Assembly: GCA_021203985.1 (NCBI GenBank)
Contig: JAJQAB010000093.1
Span: 1 to 56,789, forward strand
Reading direction: 5' to 3'
Length of the DNA: 56,789 bases
DNA from: Ruminococcus sp.
GTDB taxonomy: Bacteria > Bacillota > Clostridia > Oscillospirales > Ruminococcaceae
Part shown: positions 43,369 through 51,836 of the stretch, in pieces
How the letters are laid out: every line of letters starts with the position of its first letter
Position numbering within the stretch: the first letter of the stretch is position 1
Translations under genes and position numbers: made by a program
The notes under the pieces: model-generated
Seen by the model: only the letters and a program-made list of their open reading frames with translations
Told to the model about the DNA's origin: nothing
Database searches by the model: none

Positions 43369-44334
43369 ATGCCATCCAATCAGACACAGAATGTCGATGT
43401 TCCGGTATATCTCTTCACCGGATTCCTGGAGGGAGGAAAGACAACCTTCATTCAGGAAACGCTCGAGGACAAGCGCTTTAATTCCGGCGAAAAGACTATG
43501 CTCTTGTTGTGCGAGGAAGGCGAGGCGGAATACGACATCTCCACATTCCCTTGCAAGGAAGTTTTCATTCGCACCATAGACGATCCAGAGGATCTAAATC
43601 CATCCCATCTCGAGGCGCTGCTGCAGGAATGCGGCGCAAGCAGAGTGGTACTGGAATATAACGGCATGTGGCAGATTTCGCAGCTGTTCCAGAGCTTACC
43701 GGACAACTGGGCGATCTATCAGGAAATGTTCTTCGCTGATGCAACCACATTCCTGCAATACAACGCAAACATGCGCAGTCTTGTCGTTGACAAGCTCAGT
43801 TCCTGTGAACTGGTTGTCTTTAACCGATTTGACAGCAGCATGGACAAAATGGAATTCCACAAGCTCGTACGTGCGATCAGTCGCAGAACCAATATTGCCT
43901 ATGAATATGCAAATGGTCAGGTAGAATATGACGACATTGAAGACCCACTCCCCTTCGACATCAATGCGCCGGTGATCGAGATTGCGGATACCGATTATGC
44001 GCTATGGTATCGCGACATCATGGAAGATCACAAAAAATATGACGGAAAGACCGTTTCCTTCCGCGGCATTGTTGCGACTGATTCCAAATTTCCGCAGCGT
44101 ACCTTTGCGGTTGGCAGACATGTCATGACGTGCTGCGTTGAGGACATCACGTATAGCTGTATTGTCGCGGAATGGGAAAAATCCGACATGCTGCAATCGC
44201 GTCAATGGATTCAGGTCACCGGAACGATCCAGGTCAAAAAGCACAAGCTCTATCGTGGAAAAGGCCCTGTGATGCAGGTACAGCAAGTCGTTATGACAAG
44301 CGCTCCAGAACAAGAGGTTGCAACATTTTATTAA
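43369..44334 (+). CDS. CobW-partner GTPase-like protein with a TIGR03943-like C-terminus
   Basis: FTGFLEGGKTT, CEEGE, EYNGMW, GRHVMTCCVED. Confidence 0.85.
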   Translation: MPSNQTQNVDVPVYLFTGFLEGGKTTFIQETLEDKRFNSGEKTMLLLCEEGEAEYDISTFPCKEVFIRTIDDPEDLNPSHLEALLQECGASRVVLEYNGMWQISQLFQSLPDNWAIYQEMFFADATTFLQYNANMRSLVVDKLSSCELVVFNRFDSSMDKMEFHKLVRAISRRTNIAYEYANGQVEYDDIEDPLPFDINAPVIEIADTDYALWYRDIMEDHKKYDGKTVSFRGIVATDSKFPQRTFAVGRHVMTCCVEDITYSCIVAEWEKSDMLQSRQWIQVTGTIQVKKHKLYRGKGPVMQVQQVVMTSAPEQEVATFY

Positions 44335-44360
44335 TCAAACCAATTAACTCTTAAAGCTTC

Positions 44361-44406
44361 AAAAAAATACTCGTGGACATCTTTACCGTGTTCACGAGTA
44401 TTTTTT
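44361..44406. terminator. bidirectional terminator
   Basis: AAAAAATACTCGTG...CACGAGTATTTTTT. Confidence 0.8.
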
Positions 44407-44446
44407 ATCTAGAATAGCACCGCTGTAAAACGGATTTTGCAGCACA

Positions 44447-45529
44447 TTAGAAGCAAGTCACAATAAAGCCGTCCATATTATCGCCGGAGACAGTATAGTT
44501 CTCACTTGCAATCGTAACGTCTACCGAATCTTCGCCATCTGCCAGCACATAAAACACCTTGTACTCTGTATCCTCTGCTGTGATCACCAACGGATCTTCC
44601 ACTGTATATGACTGCAGCAATTCCACATATTCTTCCAAGCAAAGGTCATGCTCTGTCATACACATCGCGTGCGGTACACCCACATAGCGGAATGTATAGG
44701 TGTGGCTCTCTTCGCCGGTAATGCTTTCTTTTTCCGCCGGATAGCGCACGACAAATCCGTATTCCGCCGCGTGCTCTGCAATCCAGCTGTAATCCGGATA
44801 CTTCTCTGCATCATAATAATCGGATGTACCATCCCCAAAATTGATTTTCAGGTTCAGCGTTCTGCCGCTGTGATAATCGGAATAGCCGCCCTGGAACGTG
44901 CTCGTACCATTTTCATAGCGTGAGTCCTGATCTTCCTTTGTTCGATAGCCGGAAAATACCTGAAGGCTGCTATAGCCGGTTTCCGATTCGAAATCTGCCA
45001 TCATTGCGTTGAGCTGCAACAGCGTTTCCGCTTCAAGCTGTACCTCTAAATCACTAACACCATAGGAATCGTTCCGCTGCTCATACACATACTGCAGCTG
45101 CGAATCATCCTCTGAGAAGGTATAAGCATGCGCCGTGTTGATCACGATTAAGTTGCCCGTTCCAACAGCATCGGTATTCAGCGTGATTTGTTTGCTGTCA
45201 CCGCTCGTTTCATGAGAGGAAGTGTCACTCTCTGTGGCATCTGTCGCGGTCGATTCCTGTGCTTGCGCTGTAGAAGTCTGCGCCGCATCCATTGTCGTCA
45301 CCGTTGCCACTTCCTCGTCCTGGCTCTGACGATCACAGCTGTAAAAGCACAGCGCGCCAATCAAAATCACAATCAACAAAAGCGGCACAACAACAACCGC
45401 AATTCGATCTAGACGAACCCGCCGCTTCACCGCGTGGCTTTCACTTTGTGTACGGCGATTCTCCGCCGGTTCCGTGCGCTTTTTTTCACGCGCCGATCCA
45501 GGATTGGTTTTCTGATTTTTTTCATGCAT
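44447..45529 (-). CDS. M15B/VanY-like protein with a degenerate Zn motif
   Basis: TM anchor; SGYRT, YGFVVRYP, FRYVG.PHA; SDYHSGRTLN and HTYT replace the Zn ligands. Confidence 0.75.
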   Translation of the reverse strand: MHEKNQKTNPGSAREKKRTEPAENRRTQSESHAVKRRVRLDRIAVVVVPLLLIVILIGALCFYSCDRQSQDEEVATVTTMDAAQTSTAQAQESTATDATESDTSSHETSGDSKQITLNTDAVGTGNLIVINTAHAYTFSEDDSQLQYVYEQRNDSYGVSDLEVQLEAETLLQLNAMMADFESETGYSSLQVFSGYRTKEDQDSRYENGTSTFQGGYSDYHSGRTLNLKINFGDGTSDYYDAEKYPDYSWIAEHAAEYGFVVRYPAEKESITGEESHTYTFRYVGVPHAMCMTEHDLCLEEYVELLQSYTVEDPLVITAEDTEYKVFYVLADGEDSVDVTIASENYTVSGDNMDGFIVTCF

Positions 45530-46074
45530 TTGTATTCATTCCTTTCAATTCTATGCAAGCGTCTCCGCACAAGAGCAATCGCGAGTCGCTGTGATCCCTT
45601 ACGATGAAATCATCATCCATCTCGTGCAATTTCATGTAAAATTGACTTGATCATGATACTTTCCTATATTATAACATAATGCAAAACATTTTTCAAGTAT
45701 AAATTTGTGAGGTGCTGAAAAGTCCGGTCATTCCCGGCTAGCATACGGCAAAAAGTGCAGCAAAGCCGTGTTTTTCCTGTATCAGACGCGATTTTGCCCG
45801 AAAAGGCTGTACAAAAATGCATAAATATTCGAGTTGAATTTTGTCATCAAAAAAGCGTTTAATGCATATTTCAAGCGTTTAGTGCAAGCCTCTTGCATTT
45901 TCAAAAAATTCTTGCTATAATTTAAACATAAGGATTCTTCTTCGAAGTTAAGCACAAGAATTCTTGTAAAATAAAGGAAAATCAAAAACGACTTCTCTAT
46001 GATCTGGCAAAAAATGCACTACGACGCTGGTTTAACTTTATTTGTATACCCTTTAAGGAGATATTGAAAATTGG

Positions 46075-46688
46075 ATGTTGGAGCGGCTTTCTGAACGGCT
46101 TGCAAAAAAATTGGTTCGTGCCGGTGTGATTGCAAAGACAGAGATTGAAATCTACACCTACGGTTTTTTCAAGCGATCCTACTATGTCTCAATGTCGCAA
46201 CAACACTGCTTCTCAGCTTGTTGTTTCGGCGCATGATTCTCTGTCTTTTGCTCAGCCTCGCATACATTCCAATCCGCATCAATGCCGGCGGTTATCATGC
46301 AAGCAGTCCCATGCGATGCTACGTGTATTCCACTGCAATCATTGCACTGCTGCTCGCCATACTCCGGTGGTTCACGATTCCCGTGGCATGCTCTGCGGCG
46401 CTTTTTGTTGGGTCGATTTTCCTCATTTGGAAATTGGCGCCAGTGGAAGCCAAACACGATCCGCTTGACGAAACGGCACGCAGGGTTTTCAAAAGGCGTA
46501 CGCGAATGATATGCCTTGCGGAGGCTGTCCTGTGGCTGTGTCTGCTGATTTGGGCAGGCAAAACCCTATGCCGCGGCAATTGCGCTCGGTGTATGGACGG
46601 AAGCATGTATGCTTCTCATCGGCGTATGGAGCAATCACTTTTCCAAGTAATCGAATCTTTCCTTGCATATCGCAGAGCTGACAGATAA
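46075..46688 (+). pseudogene. agrB: accessory gene regulator B, frameshifted
   Basis: MLERLSERLA..EIYTYG, then in another frame RINAGGYHA...RC and APVE..H.PL. Confidence 0.8.
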
Positions 46689-46989
46689 ACAGCAGCTCGC
46701 TTCTTATGATCCGTGCATCATTAGTGGCAACAACGAATGATGTCATTCAAGTGATCGTTCCGCCGTATAGCAAAAGCAGCATGCCAACCACTGCGCAGGA
46801 TTCCCCTTTGCCGTCAACATGCAGCACACGTCCCGTCAATTATTCCTTTCAAATGGCAGTCGGCTTTTCCACAATTGAGCCGAAGCTATCTTTCGTTCGA
46901 TGTAAAAACCCATCGATCTGTATTGTGCTTGTACAGAATTGCAATCCAAAACAGCTGTCATGTTTCTGGTGGCAGCTGTTTTTTTATCG

Positions 46990-47035
46990 AAGCGCAGCGA
47001 AAACAGTTGACTTTTCGCTGCGCTTTTATTATAAT
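46990..47035 (+). promoter_or_regulatory. tetR promoter with a 14-bp inverted repeat overlapping the -35
   Basis: AAGCGCAGCGAAAA-8 bp-TTTTCGCTGCGCTT; TTGACT-17 bp-TATAAT. Confidence 0.75.
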
Positions 47036-47078
47036 AAAGTCGGTCGCATTGCATCGATGGAAAAAAGGGCGAATCGTC

Positions 47079-47717
47079 ATGACAAATACCACAACAAAAC
47101 AGGAGCGCCGCTATCGCCGAACTGAGGCACTTATTTTAAACGGGCTGATTTCCTTGCTCCAACGAAAAAGCATCAAGGAGATCACTGTGCGTAAGCTGAC
47201 CGATCTCATTGACATCAACCAATCTACGTTTTATCTGCATTATACCAATATCTTCGACCTGCTCGAACAAACCGAGCAGCGCCTTCTAAATCAGTTCCAG
47301 CGCGCCGAGAGAGACGAATGTGGTGCGCCGTATGAAACAGGGAATTTCTTTCACTTCCTAGAGAACACGTTTACGATCCTATCGGAAAATGCGCCGCTCT
47401 GTTCCGCGCTAATAGAAGAAAACGGCGATATCGCATTTCTGCGCACGCTCGAAGCGCAATTTCGGGAAGTGGGCATGAAAACGCTCCGTTCCTTCGCACC
47501 GCCAGAACTGCGCGAACAGGATTTGCAATATGCGACTTCGTTCGCACTCGCTGGCTGTATGGGAATGGTGGAGCACTGGCTGAAAAGCGGCTGTCCGGAA
47601 ACGCCAACCCATATGGCGGAGCTGACGCTCGTGCTGCTTCGCGAGGGCACGACATCGATCGGCGCAAAGCACACCGGATCGCAGCGCAATCGCGAAAAAT
47701 CCAGCAGCACTGTATAA
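47079..47717 (+). CDS. TetR/AcrR-family regulator
   Basis: ITVRKLT...DIN.STFYLHY; C-terminal W...G..ETP..M. Confidence 0.85.
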   Translation: MTNTTTKQERRYRRTEALILNGLISLLQRKSIKEITVRKLTDLIDINQSTFYLHYTNIFDLLEQTEQRLLNQFQRAERDECGAPYETGNFFHFLENTFTILSENAPLCSALIEENGDIAFLRTLEAQFREVGMKTLRSFAPPELREQDLQYATSFALAGCMGMVEHWLKSGCPETPTHMAELTLVLLREGTTSIGAKHTGSQRNREKSSSTV

Positions 47718-47731
47718 AAAAACTGTATCAA

Positions 47732-47779
47732 AAAAGCTGTACCGCTTCAGGAAAATGCTCCTGAAGCGGTACAGCTTTT
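47732..47779. terminator. bidirectional terminator
   Basis: Perfect 21-bp stem AAAAGCTGTACCGCTTCAGGA/TCCTGAAGCGGTACAGCTTTT. Confidence 0.85.
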
Positions 47780-47845
47780 GATGATTTCGGGCATACCTGG
47801 GAAACGATATGCCCATAAAAAGGGAAGACTCACTCCAACGAGCGG

Positions 47846-49174
47846 TCAATCAGCGCGTTCCATCACGCTTTTATACGCCGGACGAATAATTTTTCCGGCA
47901 CTGACGAGTTCTTCAATTCGATGCGCGCTCCAGCCGACCACACGTGCAATGGCAAAAAGCGGCGTATAAAGTTCCACAGGAATTCCAAGCATTTCATACA
48001 CAAAACCACTGTAAAAATCTACATTGGGGCTGACACCCTTATAGATTTTCCGCTTTTCCGCAATGCATTCCGGCGCAAGCGTTTCTACATGCTGATAAAG
48101 CTCCAGATCCTTTTCGCGCCCTTTTTCTGCGGCAAGCTGTTCCACATATCCCTTTAAAATGCGTTCCCGTGGGTCGGAAATGCTGTATACCGCATGCCCG
48201 ATTCCATAAATCAATCCTTTATGATCAAATGTCTGTTTCTCTAAAATTTGGTTCAAGTAAGCACGAATCTCATCGCGATCCGTGCAATCCGAAACATGTG
48301 CCCGGATATCCGCCATCATTTCCATCACTTTCAGATTCGCGCCGCCGTGCTTCGCGCCCTTCAGCGAGGACATCGCCGCGGCAATCGTCGAGTAGGTATC
48401 CGATCCGGATGATGTCACAACTCTTGTCGTGAATGTCGAGTTGTTTCCGCCGCCGTGCTCCATATGCAGCATCAAGGCAACATCCAATACATTTGCCTCC
48501 AGCGCTGTATACTGCCCATCTGGGCGCAGCAAACTGAGGAAATTTTCCGCCGTTGATTTTTTCGAATCCGGCTGATGAATATACATACTGTCATAGTTGA
48601 CATAATGATTATACGCGTGATAGCCGTACACCGCAAGCAGTGGAAGTGTGGCAATCAACTGGAAGCACTGCCGAATCGAATCAGACAGGCGTTCCTTGCC
48701 GACCGATGGATCATAAGACGCCAGCGTCAAAACGCTTCGCGTCATAGAGTTCATGATATCCTTCGTTGGCGCTTTCATAATGACATCGCGCGTAAAATAG
48801 GGCGGAAGCTTGCGGAATTGGCTTAGCTCTGCGCAAAATTCCTGAAACTCCGTCTCGCCGGGATTTTCGCCGAACAGCAGCAGCGAAGCCGTTTTTTCAA
48901 AACCAAATGTGCCGTGCTTTTCCCGAATCAGCGTTTCAATCGGATAGCCGCGATACCAAAGTTCTCCTTCACACGGCACGTGTACGCCGTCTTTCCAGCG
49001 AAATGATACGATCTCTGAGATTCGCGTCAAGCCAGTCAATACCCCTTTTCCGCTCTGGTCGCGCAGTCCGCGATTTACGCCATACTCCTGAAACAAAATG
49101 TCCGGAATTGCGTTGTTTTTCTGGCAAAGGACCGCACCCTTTTCCGTAAACTGCTCTGACGCAGTATCATGCAT
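47846..49174 (-). CDS. gltA: citrate synthase (Si type)
   Basis: LWYRGY, EHGGGNNSTF, HGGAN, G.GHAVY..DPR, NVDFYSG, IIRP. Confidence 0.92.
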   Translation of the reverse strand: MHDTASEQFTEKGAVLCQKNNAIPDILFQEYGVNRGLRDQSGKGVLTGLTRISEIVSFRWKDGVHVPCEGELWYRGYPIETLIREKHGTFGFEKTASLLLFGENPGETEFQEFCAELSQFRKLPPYFTRDVIMKAPTKDIMNSMTRSVLTLASYDPSVGKERLSDSIRQCFQLIATLPLLAVYGYHAYNHYVNYDSMYIHQPDSKKSTAENFLSLLRPDGQYTALEANVLDVALMLHMEHGGGNNSTFTTRVVTSSGSDTYSTIAAAMSSLKGAKHGGANLKVMEMMADIRAHVSDCTDRDEIRAYLNQILEKQTFDHKGLIYGIGHAVYSISDPRERILKGYVEQLAAEKGREKDLELYQHVETLAPECIAEKRKIYKGVSPNVDFYSGFVYEMLGIPVELYTPLFAIARVVGWSAHRIEELVSAGKIIRPAYKSVMERAD

Positions 49175-49658
49175 AAACAGTCCCCTCACTTTCCTTTCCG
49201 CCGTACATCAGTTCCTCGAGCGCAGACATTTCGCGCATCAACGAAAAGAACCGTTCTTCTCCGAACTGCTCCTTGATTTCCTGGCGATATCGTTCTAATG
49301 TTTTTCTTTGATCGGTAGCCGTTTGCATTCCAACTTCTGTCACCTGCAAATACGTGCCCTCTTCCCCGTTACCATCGTGCTTCCACACCACAAGATTCTT
49401 TTCCTGCAGCCTTCTTGCCAGCGCAGTCATCACGTACATCGTAATGCCGAAGGATTGCGATAAATCCTTCAGGTAAAATTTTTGGCGTTGATCCGGTGTT
49501 TCCGTCTGTTGTATCAAAAACCACATCATCATATAGTTGGACACATCCACCCTGTTAATGAGCTTTTGCAGGCCATTGGTTTGATGTGAAAACAAATCGG
49601 TTGTGACCGGATCCTGCGAAACCGGCTGACACGCCTTCGTCTGATCTTGTAATTTCAT
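49167..49658 (-). CDS. MarR-like winged-helix regulator
   Basis: YLKDLS, L.EK.LV.W, GTYL.VT..G; GGAGG RBS. Confidence 0.65.
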   Translation of the reverse strand: MKLQDQTKACQPVSQDPVTTDLFSHQTNGLQKLINRVDVSNYMMMWFLIQQTETPDQRQKFYLKDLSQSFGITMYVMTALARRLQEKNLVVWKHDGNGEEGTYLQVTEVGMQTATDQRKTLERYRQEIKEQFGEERFFSLMREMSALEELMYGGKESEGTVYA

Positions 49659-49702
49659 AAAAACAGCACCTCCATCTCGAAACCTCATCAAGCGCCGCCA
49701 CA

Positions 49703-50224
49703 TCAACAGCCGATTACAGCTTCACCGCATTGTACTTGTATGTTTTGTGCAAATTTCTGGGCTTCATGCAAGTCTTCTGCATCGGGATGTACAAGTCCCC
49801 TTTGAAACATATCCTCCATCTTCTTCGCCTGTGCCTGTGGCATTTTCTGTATCATTTTTTCTGCCCTCTCGCTTGAAACCTTACCCTGACACAAGAACAT
49901 CCCCAAATATTCCGCCCGTTCCGGCAGCCATACCGCCAGATGCTGTTCGAGTTGTTCGCGATAGGCATCCACTGGGCAGAATCCACAGGTGGCAAACAAA
50001 GCAATTTTCCCACCTTTTATTTGATCCAGGAAATTCATTGTTTCAATACCACAAGTTCTGTTGTGGACGCTGAAGCCTACAAAATAAACATCTGCCTCCG
50101 GTGCAGCCTGCAGCGTTGTTGTTTTGTACAATCTTACCGCACCCGCCGGAAGGCTTTGGTAAATTGCTTCCGCCACTTCTTTGGTATTTCCCGTTTTGGA
50201 ATGATAGACAACAGCATACGTCAT
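49703..50224 (-). CDS. flavodoxin-family protein
   Basis: VYHSKTGNT, ALFATCG, FLCQGK, HPD..DL. Confidence 0.85.
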   Translation of the reverse strand: MTYAVVYHSKTGNTKEVAEAIYQSLPAGAVRLYKTTTLQAAPEADVYFVGFSVHNRTCGIETMNFLDQIKGGKIALFATCGFCPVDAYREQLEQHLAVWLPERAEYLGMFLCQGKVSSERAEKMIQKMPQAQAKKMEDMFQRGLVHPDAEDLHEAQKFAQNIQVQCGEAVIGC

Positions 50225-50314
50225 AAGAGACTCCTTTCCGGCATTTCGCCAGGCGCAGTGTATTTGATCCCATGTCCGCTGCTCAGGCGGACGTCAAAAA
50301 AGCGAATGAAATTA

Positions 50315-50330
50315 CTAATTTCGTTAGCAA
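50315..50330. promoter_or_regulatory. putative MarR operator, copy upstream of the flavodoxin gene
   Basis: CTAATTTCGTTAGCAA, near-identical to 50847-50862. Confidence 0.55.
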
Positions 50331-50399
50331 AATGGGTTTCAAGAAGCACTGCATCCATTCCCTGCATTACAGGAAATTTTGTGCAGTGCATCATCGGCA

Positions 50400-50822
50400 T
50401 CAGACCTCAGTCAGCACAGCTATTAGCTTTTTCTGAAGCTGAATATATTCAGCCACTTCATCCTCGCCCATTTTTTGTAGAATTTTTTCAACATAATCGG
50501 TAAACACTTTCTTGCTCTCTTCCAAGAGAGCCACACCTTTTTCACTCAGCGTGACGACCACCTGACGATTATCCTGCGCATCCGGAAAGCGATGGATCAA
50601 GCCACTTTGTTCCAAGTGATTCAGCACCACAGCGATTCGCGCGGTACTGACGACAAATGCGTCACTCAAATCCTTGGGATGCACCACCGTATCATGTTCC
50701 TTTACATAATTCAAAATCAAGATTTCGCGCTTCATGATCTTCGAAAACGTTTGATTAAACCGAATTTGCGAACGACTATTCCACATCGCGATCAGTTCGC
50801 TTGCTAAACACAAATAATCCAT
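50400..50822 (-). CDS. MarR-family regulator
   Basis: P.DLS....VSTARIA..LN.LE..GLI.R, D.R...V.LS.KG. Confidence 0.85.
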   Translation of the reverse strand: MDYLCLASELIAMWNSRSQIRFNQTFSKIMKREILILNYVKEHDTVVHPKDLSDAFVVSTARIAVVLNHLEQSGLIHRFPDAQDNRQVVVTLSEKGVALLEESKKVFTDYVEKILQKMGEDEVAEYIQLQKKLIAVLTEV

Positions 50823-50845
50823 AGCCCTATCCTCGAATCCAAATA

Positions 50846-50862
50846 GCTAATTTTGTTAGCAA
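50846..50862. promoter_or_regulatory. putative MarR auto-operator
   Basis: Palindrome GCTAATTTTGTTAGC directly upstream of marR. Confidence 0.55.
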
Positions 50863-50965
50863 TTATAGTATACCAAGCCCTGACACAATTGTCAAGGCTT
50901 TTTGCAAATTTTATTGGTATTCGCCAAAAACCACTTGATTTTCGATGCGTTTTTTGGTGTTTTGC

Positions 50966-51742
50966 TCATTTTATAGCCGGAAAGTGTATCGTTGGATGCG
51001 TACCGCACGACGCACAGTGGGAGGTGTCCTACGGCAGTGGCACACGCCGAAATGTCATTGTCCGCGCATCGTATGTCAGCAGCGTACCTGTCAGCAATTC
51101 ACCGACGCCCGTAAAATACTTGATCACCTCGGTTGCCTGTAGGCTTCCAATCACACCACACATTGTGCCGAAAATGCCGACTTCCTTACACGTTTGCACT
51201 GCGCCTTCCGGCGGCACATCCTGAAACACGCAGCGATAGCAAGCGCCCTTCCCCGGGACATACGTCAAGAGCTGCCCCTGAAAGCCGATAATTCCTCCGT
51301 GTACAAAGGGCTTTTTCATCGCCACACAGGCGTCATTGATCAGAAACTTTGTCGCAAAATTGTCTGTTGCATCCACAACAAAATCATAGCCATCGATCAA
51401 TTCCACAATATTTTCCTGTGTGACGCGCACCGGATAGGTCTTTATGCAGACATCCGGATTCTGCGCTTCCAATGTATCCTTTGCTGATGCCACCTTTGCT
51501 CTTCCGATGTCTGCCGTTCGATGCAGAATCTGCCGCTGCAAATTGGTAAGGTCGACATCATCCACATCGGCAATACCGATTGTTCCAACACCGGCTGCGG
51601 TAAGATAAATCGACACCGGCGATCCAAGTCCTCCTGCACCGATGATCAGCACCCTTGCGCGCAGCAGCTTTTCCTGCCCCGCTTCCCCCACACCTTCCAG
51701 GGCAATGTGCCGTGCATATCGTTCTCTCTGTAATTGTGTCAT
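50966..51742 (-). pseudogene. ThiF/MoeB adenylyltransferase; premature TAG removes the second CxxC
   Basis: RYARH, GAGGLG, NLQRQ, DATDN, CYRC; TAG 51029-51031 is followed in frame by DTSHCASCG. Confidence 0.75.
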
Positions 51743-51770
51743 ATCCAGTTCCTTTCCACTGCAATGGGTA

Positions 51771-51811
51771 GAAAAATAGTATCACAGACCGTAAGCCGTG
51801 ATACTATTTTC
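51771..51811 (-). terminator. terminator after GH10
   Basis: AAAATAGTATCAC...GTGATACTATTTT. Confidence 0.7.
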
Positions 51812-51836
51812 CTGAAAGCAGTAATTACATTCGTTC

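Noticed and set aside
402-51031. Full stop-codon reassignment (alternative genetic code)
   Set aside because: Interrupting stops are of all three types and fall at different apparent residues (W, E, L, Y). The same genes carry frameshifts and motif-breaking missense changes, and the intact long genes contain no internal stops.
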